Shown here piece after piece: positions 27,981 to 37,777 of a DNA stretch of 64,000 nt. Position numbers and translations under genes: made by a program. The stretch is from contig CABVRV010000003.1 of assembly GCA_902500755.1 (NCBI GenBank), positions 9,471 through 73,470 on the forward strand. The letters run 5' to 3'. The notes under the pieces were generated by a model that worked only from the letters and a program-made list of their open reading frames with translations, was not told the DNA's origin and did not search any database. How positions within the stretch are numbered: position 1 is the stretch's first letter; each line of letters begins with the position of its first letter. Origin of the DNA: an uncultured Nitrospira sp. (lineage in GTDB: Bacteria; Nitrospirota; Nitrospiria; Nitrospirales; Nitrospiraceae).

Positions 27981-29231
27981 ATGGCGACAAAGCGCATCGC
28001 AATCGAGCAGCTCATTCCCGGCATGTTCGTCGTGGAGATGGATGTTCCCTGGTACCGGACACCGTTTCTCTTCCATAAACGGTTGATCAACGATCTCCAG
28101 ACTATTGATCTCATGAAGCAACATGGGATTCGGATGGTGACGATCGACACCGGCAAAGGATCCGATCTCCCATCAGCGACGACTCAACCGTGTGTCAACG
28201 ACGACTCGGCCGCCCCGAACGTGGCCTTTCCGCAAGAGCCACACACTCAGCAGGCGATCGAACGCACACGTGCTGAGCAACCGGCTGTGGTCATCTATGC
28301 GCAGGCACAAGAAGCGGTTGAACGCATTTTCAATGACCTTGAGCGTGGAGTCCCTCCGACCCCCGAGGCGACGAAAGCCATCGTCTCAAATGTTCTGGAC
28401 CAAGTCCTTAATGACCGAGCTGCCATAGCGACTCAGGTTGCCATTCAGAAAATCAAACAGTTCGATCGGTCTCTGACAACCCACGCGTTGGATGCCTGCA
28501 TCTTATCTCTCATCGTCGCCGTTGAAAGTGACCTTGACCAACCGCTACAAGAATTGGTCGGAATGGGAGCCTTGCTCCACGACGCAGGCTATGTCCGTCT
28601 CCCACGCAATCTGGTTCGGAAGCGAGACGAATGCACCGGACAAGATAAAACATTGCTGGAACAGCATTGCAAGCTCGGCGTGACACTCCTTTCGGAACAA
28701 CCTGGTATGCACGAGGATGTCCTTCGAATCGTACGGGAGCATCATGAACGGTCGGACAAGAGCGGCTTTCCAGCCGGCCTTGGTCACGATCAGACCTCAC
28801 GTCTTGCTCAAATCGTCGGAATCGTCGATTTCTACGACGGCATGGTCAGTCGACGCGGGGCCCGACCAGCGATGATTCCCCACGATGCCGTTCGGCAACT
28901 CTTCCTCGCGGGAGAACGAGGGCAATTTGAAAAGACCTTAGTGGAGGTGATGATTCGGAGCATCGGCGTCTACCCGGTTGGAAGCCTGGTCAGGCTCAAC
29001 ACAGGCGAACAGGCAGTTGTCGTCGGAGCCAATCCACAGCAACGGCTCAAACCACTCGTCAAAGTCACGACCGATCCACAAGGTGGATCCTATGCGACAC
29101 CGATCGAAATCGACCTGGCTGCGCCGTCCTCAGACCACACTGTACGAAGCGTGCTGCGTGTGCTCGACCCGGTTCGTGAGCGCGTCAACATCGGCATACA
29201 TCTGGACACGACTTTGCCGCGAGCCGCATGA
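27981..29231 (+). CDS. HD-GYP c-di-GMP phosphodiesterase family protein (DUF3391-type N-terminus)
   Basis: IAIEQLIPGMFV; LLHDAG, HHERSDKSGFP, VDFYDGM. Confidence 0.88.
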   Translation: MATKRIAIEQLIPGMFVVEMDVPWYRTPFLFHKRLINDLQTIDLMKQHGIRMVTIDTGKGSDLPSATTQPCVNDDSAAPNVAFPQEPHTQQAIERTRAEQPAVVIYAQAQEAVERIFNDLERGVPPTPEATKAIVSNVLDQVLNDRAAIATQVAIQKIKQFDRSLTTHALDACILSLIVAVESDLDQPLQELVGMGALLHDAGYVRLPRNLVRKRDECTGQDKTLLEQHCKLGVTLLSEQPGMHEDVLRIVREHHERSDKSGFPAGLGHDQTSRLAQIVGIVDFYDGMVSRRGARPAMIPHDAVRQLFLAGERGQFEKTLVEVMIRSIGVYPVGSLVRLNTGEQAVVVGANPQQRLKPLVKVTTDPQGGSYATPIEIDLAAPSSDHTVRSVLRVLDPVRERVNIGIHLDTTLPRAA

Positions 29232-32119
29232 TGAAACCGCCTAAACGAAAACGGGGGCGATATCGACGCCGAAAGGCGACCTCTCAACCTGCGGCTTCCG
29301 TTGCGCGGGACCTCCTTGAAGGGCTTCCTGTTGCCGCTCTCGTTCTCAACCCCGATCTGACGGTCCAGGCTATCAACCGAGAGGGCATTCGGCTACTCGG
29401 ATCACGATGTCGATCCAGCCATGGATCATCGTTCCCGGTGCTATGGGCAAAACTTACCCGGTCTCGCGAATCACGCATTTCTGCACAGCTGAATAGCACA
29501 TTTAAAACCAATCGTCCGGTCTCAACGACTCAACAGCTCTTCGCAGGAAGCAAGACGACGAACACTCCTGTCGAGTGGACGTGCCTCCCGAGCGAGCTCA
29601 ATGGTACGAGAGTTCTGGTCATCAGCATTCGAGACCTCTCCCATGAAATGGAGTTGGAGCAAGACCGTGATCGCTTGGCAGCAATCGCCGAAGAAAGCCC
29701 TTCACCCCTTATCGAACTGGATCGGGATTCCAGTCTGTTGTATGCCAATCCTGCCATGATTTCGCTACTCTCTCGATTTGGGTACAGCCTCGACGGATTC
29801 CCAAACGTGGCGCCACGCCGACTTCCGAACATTGTCGAGCACTGCCTCAACACCGGTCAGACACTCCATCACGAAGAAGTCCTCCTACCGGAAGCCAGTT
29901 TTTCTTGGACCTTTTGTCCAGTGCCTCATCATGGAGTGGTTCGCGGCTATGCGACCGACATGACAAACGTTCACAAGACGCAGCAGGCGCTCCGGTTATC
30001 AGCCGACCAACTTCAGCAGAGCAATCAACGACTGGACAAGGCGCTTGATGAAGCGAAAGAGTCTGCGCGCGTCAAAACGGCGTTCCTTGCCACAGTCAGC
30101 CACGAGTTGCGAACGCCCATGAACGGCGTGATCGGCATGACAAGTCTCCTGATGGAGACATCTTTGACGTCTGAGCAGCAGTCGTACACCGAAACCATAC
30201 GCCAGTGCGGAGAGGCGCTGCTGCAACTGATCAATGATGTGCTCGAATGCAGCAAGATTGAGGCGGGAAAACTGGAGCTGGAGTGCCTCGATTTCAATCT
30301 GCGAACCACGGTAGAGCAGGTCCTCGCGCAGTTTGCCGAACGCGCTGAGACGAAAGGTCTTGAGTTGACCGGGCTGGTCCATGCAGCGGTGCCGACTGGA
30401 CTCAACGGCGACCCTGGACGATTGCGCCAGATCCTGACCAATCTTGTGGCGAACGCCGTAAAATTTACCGACAAAGGAGAAGTGACACTGCAGGCCTATC
30501 TTGAAGAAGACCTATCGGATTCCGCGGTCATTCGGTTCGAGGTCACCGACAGCGGCATCGGCATCAGTCCGAATACTCAGGCCAGGCTCTTTCGTCCATT
30601 CATGCAGGCTGACAGTTCAACGACGAGAAAATACGGCGGCACCGGCCTTGGCCTGTCCATTTCGAAACAACTCGTGGAGTTGATGGGAGGAAGTATCGGC
30701 GTACGGAGCTCCGAAGGACAAGGGAGTACCTTCTGGTGCACGGCGCGCCTTCTCAAACAAGCCGGCTCGCCGCGTGCCATTCTTCCGATGGGAGATCTCG
30801 CAGGGAAACATGTCTTGATCGTCGATGACAACGAATCGAATCGTCTGATTCTCCATCATTTGGTATCCGGCTGGGGAATGGTTGACGATCTGGCAGAGGA
30901 CGCCGAATCCGCTTTGCACCGGATATCTGAGGCGACACGACGAGGAACTCCGTACGATCTTGCGATCTTGGATGTCATCATGCCGGGAAAGGACGGGCTT
31001 CAGCTCGCCCGAGAACTTCAGCATCATCCAGAGGGATCTGGGATTCGCCTTGTCGTGATGACCTCGATGCTTCAACGAGGCCACGCGGAGCAGGCGCGTC
31101 AAGCCGGCGCCATGGGTTATCTACCGAAACCTGTGCGCCACGACGAATTGCGAGACTGTTTGCGAACCGTTCTCGGTCTGGCTGAGAGTCCAAGGCCAAA
31201 GGAACCTCAAACACTCTCGGTCGTTCCTCAACTGGTCACCAGGCATACGGTCGCCGAGAACGTCCAACACCGACGCGTCCTCGTGGTGGAAGACAATCTG
31301 GTCAACCAAAAGCTTGCCGTCCGCATGGTCGAGAAACTGGGTTATCAGCCTGATGTTGTCGACAATGGCCAAGAAGCCTTGACAGCACTGAAGAAGTGCG
31401 ACTATGCCGCTATTTTAATGGATTGTCAGATGCCCATCATGGATGGCTTTGAGACAACCAAGAATATTCGCGAGCGTGAAGCAATGGCTACATCTGGTGG
31501 ACCACCGGCTCAGGCAGATCCTCAATTAAGCATAGGCTCGTCTTCCCTACCGCATATGCCGATCATTGCGGTGACCGCCAATGCCATGCAAGGAGATCGA
31601 GAACGTTGTTTGGCGGCTGGGATGGATGATTATCTTTCGAAGCCGATCAAACTGGATGAACTCCGCGCTGCCCTTGCACGTTGGATCACCTCACCGTCTA
31701 CCAACGCCGTGTCTGAACAACAGCAGCCTGTGTACACCACGACCGCCCCTACTCGAGGGATCTTTGACCCCGCCAGGATGTACCAGAATATCGGCAGCGA
31801 CAACGAATTATTCGCGCAACTCATCTGTCTGTTCCTCGATCGTCACCAGACCATGTTGGCTGAGATCAGAACGGCGCTCGCCGATGGTGATTCGTCCGCG
31901 GTGGAGCGGACTGCTCACACCTTCAAGGGAACGGCGGGAAATCTTTGCGCTTCTGAAGTAGGACTCACCGCTAGTCGTCTGGAAGCTGTCGGTCGTCTCA
32001 GTGCGCTTCACGATGCCCCTCCCGTCTATGCGCAACTCGAGCTTGAGGTCGCACGACTCGTTCGCGTGTTGGAATCCTACCGGCAGGGGTATCAGCCCAT
32101 CACTGAGGCAGCCGCCTAG
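29228..32119 (+). CDS. Soluble hybrid histidine kinase (PAS-PAS-HisKA-HATPase-REC-REC-Hpt)
   Basis: SHELRTPMNG, NLVANAVKFT, DSGIGI, GGTGLGL; two RECs; AHTFKGTAGNL Hpt; no obvious TM segment. Confidence 0.93.
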   Translation: MMKPPKRKRGRYRRRKATSQPAASVARDLLEGLPVAALVLNPDLTVQAINREGIRLLGSRCRSSHGSSFPVLWAKLTRSRESRISAQLNSTFKTNRPVSTTQQLFAGSKTTNTPVEWTCLPSELNGTRVLVISIRDLSHEMELEQDRDRLAAIAEESPSPLIELDRDSSLLYANPAMISLLSRFGYSLDGFPNVAPRRLPNIVEHCLNTGQTLHHEEVLLPEASFSWTFCPVPHHGVVRGYATDMTNVHKTQQALRLSADQLQQSNQRLDKALDEAKESARVKTAFLATVSHELRTPMNGVIGMTSLLMETSLTSEQQSYTETIRQCGEALLQLINDVLECSKIEAGKLELECLDFNLRTTVEQVLAQFAERAETKGLELTGLVHAAVPTGLNGDPGRLRQILTNLVANAVKFTDKGEVTLQAYLEEDLSDSAVIRFEVTDSGIGISPNTQARLFRPFMQADSSTTRKYGGTGLGLSISKQLVELMGGSIGVRSSEGQGSTFWCTARLLKQAGSPRAILPMGDLAGKHVLIVDDNESNRLILHHLVSGWGMVDDLAEDAESALHRISEATRRGTPYDLAILDVIMPGKDGLQLARELQHHPEGSGIRLVVMTSMLQRGHAEQARQAGAMGYLPKPVRHDELRDCLRTVLGLAESPRPKEPQTLSVVPQLVTRHTVAENVQHRRVLVVEDNLVNQKLAVRMVEKLGYQPDVVDNGQEALTALKKCDYAAILMDCQMPIMDGFETTKNIREREAMATSGGPPAQADPQLSIGSSSLPHMPIIAVTANAMQGDRERCLAAGMDDYLSKPIKLDELRAALARWITSPSTNAVSEQQQPVYTTTAPTRGIFDPARMYQNIGSDNELFAQLICLFLDRHQTMLAEIRTALADGDSSAVERTAHTFKGTAGNLCASEVGLTASRLEAVGRLSALHDAPPVYAQLELEVARLVRVLESYRQGYQPITEAAA

Positions 32120-32156
32120 TCCGACCTTCCTCTTACATCAGCTCTATTGAGGCGAC

Positions 32157-32639
32157 TTACGCAGGACACTCTGTCGCAGGGTGCACAGTGGTAGGTGCTT
32201 CTGTGGCGGGGAGCACTGCAGGAAACAACGGATGTCTGGTGGGAAACTCTTCAGAGAGGACCAACTGTTTCCCGAGCTTGGTCGTGTTACTGATGAGCAG
32301 CGGACCACGAAGATTGGCGGTGATTCGACCTGGATCATCCGAAGGAATGGTCAAGATCACAACCAAGGCAAGATCATCCCTCTGTCCTTCCTTGATCTCT
32401 GCCAGAGCATCGACAGGAACCTCAATATGGTAATCAGGATGGAACGTCGCCGGATCCATGAGGACAAAGGCCAGCCCAGGCTCGTCAACCGATTGCAGCC
32501 ACTTGAAAGGGGCTTCGGTGTCGTGATCAAGTATCACGTAACGCTGTTGCTCGGGAAACCCAAGCAGCCCGGAAGGAAACCGGACGATACTGTCCTCGGA
32601 AACTTCGAAAGATCCAAAGCGGGTCGATGTGCACTTCAC
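32157..32639 (-). CDS. fliW: Flagellar assembly factor FliW
   Basis: FPSGLLGFP, FKWLQSVDEPGLAF, TANLRGPLLI. Confidence 0.95.
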   Translation of the reverse strand: MKCTSTRFGSFEVSEDSIVRFPSGLLGFPEQQRYVILDHDTEAPFKWLQSVDEPGLAFVLMDPATFHPDYHIEVPVDALAEIKEGQRDDLALVVILTIPSDDPGRITANLRGPLLISNTTKLGKQLVLSEEFPTRHPLFPAVLPATEAPTTVHPATECPA

Positions 32640-32649
32640 AAATCTATCC

Positions 32650-32895
32650 TCACGAAGCCAGGCGGCGTTTCACAGGAATGAGGCGACGAAATGCCTCGAG
32701 CGGCACGGCCTGCGTTTTCGAAGCTAACTGGTTCTCTTCTTGAATCCTCGAATACACCTCTTCCCGATGAACCGCGACGGCCGGCGGCGCTTCGATTCCG
32801 AGTCGAACCTGCCCGCTTTTCACACCCAGCACGACGACACGGATGTCGGGGCCGATCGTGACACTCTCTCCCCGTCGACGTGTAAGTACCAGCAT
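32650..32895 (-). CDS. csrA: Carbon storage regulator CsrA
   Basis: [30 protein letters not shown]. Confidence 0.96.
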   Translation of the reverse strand: MLVLTRRRGESVTIGPDIRVVVLGVKSGQVRLGIEAPPAVAVHREEVYSRIQEENQLASKTQAVPLEAFRRLIPVKRRLAS

Positions 32896-32930
32896 ACTCG
32901 TCTTCCATGGCTACACAGTGTTCCATAGAA

Positions 32931-32958
32931 TTATCGGCCATCCATGATGCAAACTTGA
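32931..32958 (-). promoter_or_regulatory. sigma28 promoter for csrA-fliW
   Basis: Minus strand TCAAGTTT-N12-GCCGATAA. Confidence 0.85.
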
Positions 32959-32966
32959 TAGATGAC

Positions 32967-34736
32967 TTACCGCAGGTGCTTCAGGAGAGAATTCTCGAAT
33001 ATCCGCCCGAGCGTTTCGCCTGCAGCTTGAATGGCATACTCTTGCAGGGTGAGATCGGAGATGGTTCGTGCCAAGTCGATGTCTTCGAATGAGGACAACG
33101 TGTTGGTTGCCAGCACTTTCGCGTCCTCCAATGCCGATGAGGTGGCTTCCAGGCGATTCGCGAGCGCACCGACTTCAGCCTGAGCCGCCGATACCTGCCC
33201 AAGTGCACGGTCCAAGTCACCCAGGCTCTCCACGATTCCGGCCTTGAAGTTTCCCCGTAGCGCTGCAAGCAGATGCTGCACTGTTTCAAAGAGATTCACA
33301 TTCGGGCCGCTGAAGGCGTGATGGCCAAGCACGTTCGTGGGGATCACCTCCCCGTCTGCCACTTCAATTTTGTGAGTTGCGGAATCGCCCGCATATCTGC
33401 TCTGGCTGACGATATGGAATAAATCCCCAGCAGTTGGAGACCCCGTGTCGTTCGTGATCGAGAGCTGAATGCCCTCAAACGTGATCGGGGCGCCTGAGGC
33501 GTACGCCTGTCCCTCAAGCACCGTCTTGGGAGTGAGCGCGACGGTCAATCGATCACCAGCCACTGGTGATCCTGGTTGTCCGTTTGAAAGCACCACACGC
33601 AAGCCATCGAATTCGATCGCTCCGCCGGACACATAGTTGTTCCCAGTTGAAAGGGTTGACCCGGTCGTCGTATTGACGACCGAATACTGTGTAGGAGACG
33701 TAAATTGAATCTCGTACGAATCGAGGGTAACCCGCTGTGGGTCAATCACTCCGGTATCAATAGCACCGACCCGTCCTACATTGGCTACGCTCGCAGTCAC
33801 CCTTACCGGTGCCGAGGTATTGAGAACGTCATAGCTGGTGGGACCAGTGAATCGGACGACATAATTGTCGAACGACGCGACGTTCGCATCACGCACCTGC
33901 CCCTGAGAGACGATGGCTCCTCCGCTGTTGGCCGAAGCTGCTTGCGTGATCACGGTGGGGGCGAACGTCACGGCGCCGTCGGCCGCACTGCCTCCGTTGA
34001 ATCCAAGCAGCGTACGCGCAGAGCCACCAATCACTGCTACTTCTGCACTCGCCCCCTCAGAATTGGAGGCAATCACGAGCCGAGCATTGTCATACGTCAC
34101 GGAAACACTTTTCCCTGCGGCAAGTAAGGTTGCATCGGTATTGATCCGACTCTGCACCCGTGCAGCGACGTCAGAACCGCTGAGCGTCTCGGTGCCGCTG
34201 GTTAAATCGATCAAGCCGGACGTCACACCATCAATTGTCACGGTCAACGTGTCCGCGACAGCGTTCGTCAGGGTAATGGGGGTAGACACCACCAGCCCCG
34301 CAGCGAATCCATGTCGGCTTGTGCCTCCAAACACCGGTTGGTTCTCATCGAACTCAGCATTGCCGAGTTGCAGTAAATGCTGCAAGAGTGCTTGCACTTC
34401 GTGTGCACCAGCAACTCGTTCTGTCGCGCCGTTTGTATCAGAGGCAAACTGAACCGCCAGCTGCCTAATACGAGACAGGGCTGCCGTCGTACCTTGGAGC
34501 GATGTATCGGCCAATTCCACTCGTGTCGTGGCGGTTGAAATATTGCGGAGCCGTTGCTCCAACTTTGCCAATGTCGTCCGTTCTCCGACAATCCGATGGA
34601 AACGACCAGGGTCGTCGGAAGGTTGCAAGACCTGTTTGCCGGTGGCGAGATGTTCCTGCAAGCGGAGTGCTTTGGATCGAGCCCGTTGATAGTTGTTGAC
34701 CAGAAATCCAAACACCTGCTGTTCTGTCACACGCAT
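32967..34736 (-). CDS. flgL: Hook-filament junction protein FlgL (enlarged, 589 aa)
   Basis: LATGKQVLQPSDDP; AEVGALANRLE..EDIDLA. Confidence 0.93.
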   Translation of the reverse strand: MRVTEQQVFGFLVNNYQRARSKALRLQEHLATGKQVLQPSDDPGRFHRIVGERTTLAKLEQRLRNISTATTRVELADTSLQGTTAALSRIRQLAVQFASDTNGATERVAGAHEVQALLQHLLQLGNAEFDENQPVFGGTSRHGFAAGLVVSTPITLTNAVADTLTVTIDGVTSGLIDLTSGTETLSGSDVAARVQSRINTDATLLAAGKSVSVTYDNARLVIASNSEGASAEVAVIGGSARTLLGFNGGSAADGAVTFAPTVITQAASANSGGAIVSQGQVRDANVASFDNYVVRFTGPTSYDVLNTSAPVRVTASVANVGRVGAIDTGVIDPQRVTLDSYEIQFTSPTQYSVVNTTTGSTLSTGNNYVSGGAIEFDGLRVVLSNGQPGSPVAGDRLTVALTPKTVLEGQAYASGAPITFEGIQLSITNDTGSPTAGDLFHIVSQSRYAGDSATHKIEVADGEVIPTNVLGHHAFSGPNVNLFETVQHLLAALRGNFKAGIVESLGDLDRALGQVSAAQAEVGALANRLEATSSALEDAKVLATNTLSSFEDIDLARTISDLTLQEYAIQAAGETLGRIFENSLLKHLR

Positions 34737-34751
34737 GGCAGGCTCCTCCGT

Positions 34752-36776
34752 CTATCGTTTGAGGGAAATCAACGTCGACATCATTTCATCAGCAGCGACG
34801 ATCATGCGTGACGCCGCTTCAAACGCCCGTTGAAACTTAAGAAGATTGACGAGTTCCTCATCAAGCGAGACACCGGACGCCTGGGCACGGAAATTCTGGA
34901 GTTGTTCGTGGCGGATCTCTTCCGTCTCAAGCCGCTGCCCTGCGACTTGAGAGGCCACGCCCAGATCGGTCGCGGTCTTACGATAGGCGTCGAACAGCGT
35001 CGCATTGTCGAGGCCGGTGACGGTTTTTGACTGGAGCGCGACGAGGTCCAGACCGTTCTCACTATTACCCGGGACACCCGCTCGTGTGGACGAGAGCGCA
35101 ACTTTTGACGGATCTGAGAACGCAACAGCTAAATCCCTCGCGGCGTTGTCGCGAGAGTTTACGTTCAAGACATCGTTGGCCGCCGGTGACCCGGAGACCG
35201 TCACTGCAATCCCGTCCAAATGAAATGTTTGAGGCCCGCTATACGTGCCCGACGCCGCCGTGCTGACCCCGCCCGATAATCCGAGCGTCGCTCGTGCCGT
35301 TCCACCCGTCACATCCACAGCACTGGTCCCGCCGACAGAATTTGACCGCAAAACGAGTCGGTGTGTTGTGTGATCAAACAACACCGTGACCTGCCGACCG
35401 GCTGCGGCCAGTGCGCTGTCCGCGTTGATTTTGCTTTGAAGCTCCTCGGCAAGCGCGTCGCCAGAGATATACGCCAGGCCCGGTGATCCGGTACCGTTGA
35501 GCGTAATGGTTCCCGAAGTCGTTCCGTCTACCGATACAACCAGTGTATCGTTCACTCCCGTCACAATGCTGACAGGCGCATCCACTGTCGGAGGTGTCAG
35601 CACTGTTCCAGTATAGTTCCCTCTGATACCAGCTCCCGTTGTTGCATCGACTATTGCGTACCCGCTAGGTCCCGTAAATCGAATCTCGTAGTCATGGAAG
35701 GTCAGGAGACTCGGCGCAGTGACCGTCCCGTTCGCAATCGAGGCGGTGCCACTGTTTGTGGTCGGCGCGTTCGTTGTAACCGATAATCCCGAAAAGAGAT
35801 CCTCTCCGGTGGAACCATCGAGACCATACCCCACTCGGTGAATGTGGTTCACCTCAGTGAGAAGAGAGCCAGCCAGGGCATTGATCCCTCGTTGGACTGA
35901 AGGAATCGTGCGATCCCGGACATCCAGAAGCCCACGCACCTTCCCGGTGCTTATCAGGTCGTTAATGACAGACGGTTGGGGCCCCCCAATATCATATCCA
36001 ATATCTATCAAACCTTGGTTATCTGGAGATTCCACCCCGACGAGCTTACGGGTCGTTTCCTGGTCCACTAAGACAAGCCCGCGGGCGGTAAAGACTGAGA
36101 CCGTGCCGTCCGGACGTTCAAGGGTAAGCACCTCAACTCGCGTGGCAAGCTCATTAACGGCCAGGTCTCGCTGATCACGAAGGTCATTGGCATTTTGGCC
36201 ACTCACTTCGGCAGATTTAATCTGGCTGTTGAACTCGGCAATCTTTCCCGTCAAGCTGTTGATCTCGCTGATCGTCACACCGATCTGCGCATCAACGGCG
36301 CGGCGGGTCTCCACCAAATCCGCATTGAGCTGATGGAACGTACTTGACAGAGTCGTGGCTCGTGAGAGGACGACGGAACGCGGAGCGATCTGAGACGGTG
36401 TCGTGGTCGCATCCTGCAGTGCTTTGAAGAACTCGTTCAACTTCCCCGACAAACCCTGCCCACGCGCATCTCCCAACAGACTCTCAAGCCTGTTCAGTTC
36501 CTCACGTGCCACGGTAAACTGGCCAAGATCCTCATGAGACTGCGTCAACTCCCGGTTCAAGAATCCGTCCACAGCGCGTCGGATCTCAGCAATTTTCACT
36601 CCCGTGCCGACTTGCCCCGGACTCCCATCCACAGGCCGCTCTTCCGTGAGTATGACTTGTTGCCTGGAGAAGCCCGGAGTGTTCACATTACTGATATTAT
36701 GGCCGGTGACCGTCAAGGCTTGTTGTGCGGTAAAGAGGGCGGTCTTTGCAACATCAAGCAGTGCGTTCAGCCCCAT
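34752..36776 (-). CDS. flgK: Hook-filament junction protein FlgK
   Basis: GHNISNVNTPGFSRQ, NDLRDQRD, GVSLDEELVNLLKFQRAF. Confidence 0.95.
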   Translation of the reverse strand: MGLNALLDVAKTALFTAQQALTVTGHNISNVNTPGFSRQQVILTEERPVDGSPGQVGTGVKIAEIRRAVDGFLNRELTQSHEDLGQFTVAREELNRLESLLGDARGQGLSGKLNEFFKALQDATTTPSQIAPRSVVLSRATTLSSTFHQLNADLVETRRAVDAQIGVTISEINSLTGKIAEFNSQIKSAEVSGQNANDLRDQRDLAVNELATRVEVLTLERPDGTVSVFTARGLVLVDQETTRKLVGVESPDNQGLIDIGYDIGGPQPSVINDLISTGKVRGLLDVRDRTIPSVQRGINALAGSLLTEVNHIHRVGYGLDGSTGEDLFSGLSVTTNAPTTNSGTASIANGTVTAPSLLTFHDYEIRFTGPSGYAIVDATTGAGIRGNYTGTVLTPPTVDAPVSIVTGVNDTLVVSVDGTTSGTITLNGTGSPGLAYISGDALAEELQSKINADSALAAAGRQVTVLFDHTTHRLVLRSNSVGGTSAVDVTGGTARATLGLSGGVSTAASGTYSGPQTFHLDGIAVTVSGSPAANDVLNVNSRDNAARDLAVAFSDPSKVALSSTRAGVPGNSENGLDLVALQSKTVTGLDNATLFDAYRKTATDLGVASQVAGQRLETEEIRHEQLQNFRAQASGVSLDEELVNLLKFQRAFEAASRMIVAADEMMSTLISLKR

Positions 36777-36782
36777 CGATCT

Positions 36783-37289
36783 TCACCCCCTCCGCCTGAT
36801 TAATGTCGCCGGCATGGCGCCAGCGTTTCGACCGCCTAGGGTCGAATAGACGTCGCTTCCCGGAGCGGGCTGACGATGCGCTTCCAATGCCCGGACGAGA
36901 AACGACTGAATATTTTTCACAAGCACCTGGTTGACCGCAATATCCTGCTGCACTGCTCGAACTCGTTCTGCGAGTCGTTCGTACTGTTGCAAGATCGCGT
37001 GAGTCTGTGTGCTCTTCATTCGTTGCAGGATATTCGTTAATGTTCGACCCGTTTCTGGTACATCCTGGGTAACGGCTAAATCACGTACGAATGCGTCAAA
37101 CTCTTTCTTCAGACCGCTGAGAGACTCAAGAATTGAAACTCTGGCTTGATTAATCGAGAGAAACTCGTCGAGGGCCATGCGTTTGATGGCGTCGCGCTCT
37201 TGACGGATGTTGTGTGCGAGCAGTTCACATTGCGCGGATTCACGCGCAAGGAGATCGATTAACTGATCGAGAGAGCTTGAGATATTCAC
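36783..37289 (-). CDS. flgN: FlgN chaperone
   Basis: Between flgM and flgK; helical; VNQVLV..YSTLG C-terminus; start uncertain (the ORF is open to 37346). Confidence 0.8.
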   Translation of the reverse strand: MNISSSLDQLIDLLARESAQCELLAHNIRQERDAIKRMALDEFLSINQARVSILESLSGLKKEFDAFVRDLAVTQDVPETGRTLTNILQRMKSTQTHAILQQYERLAERVRAVQQDIAVNQVLVKNIQSFLVRALEAHRQPAPGSDVYSTLGGRNAGAMPATLIRRRG

Positions 37290-37366
37290 GATCGACAACC
37301 TGCCCATCCATAGGCCAGAACGGAAGTCCGTCCGTTGCTGTCGCACTTGCAGGAAACTGACGTGGC

Positions 37367-37672
37367 TTAGAGTATGGCGTCTGTCAGAACCTGTCTCACA
37401 AGGGCATCACCTACCGCACGGCCACTGACATCATACGTTCCACTCTCAAGGGAGCGCCTGATGCTCTCCACTCGTTCAGCCCGCTCAGGATCCGGTTGAT
37501 TTACCAACTCGCGAATCCGTTGCAGTTCCTTCGCCTGGGTGGAAATCTGAACTTCATCTTTCCCCGCTTGGGTGCGAGCAGTTGCTTGTCGAGCCCCGGA
37601 ACTTTCAGCTTCGTGAACTCCAAGCAACACCTTTGCAAGATGATCGACTTTCCCATGACCTGAAATTTGCAT
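37367..37672 (-). CDS. flgM: Anti-sigma28 factor FlgM
   Basis: DEVQIS..RAERVESIRRSLESGTYDV. Confidence 0.92.
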   Translation of the reverse strand: MQISGHGKVDHLAKVLLGVHEAESSGARQATARTQAGKDEVQISTQAKELQRIRELVNQPDPERAERVESIRRSLESGTYDVSGRAVGDALVRQVLTDAIL

Positions 37673-37749
37673 ACCCTCACTCCTTCCCCACGTTTCTTGC
37701 CCGAGCTATAAGGCTACACGTGTGATGGCCTTTACCCCAGTCGTAATCC

Positions 37750-37777
37750 TTATCGGCTCCTACCCGTCAGAACTTGA
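37750..37777 (-). promoter_or_regulatory. sigma28 promoter for flgM-flgN-flgK-flgL
   Basis: Minus strand TCAAGTTC-N12-GCCGATAA. Confidence 0.85.
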
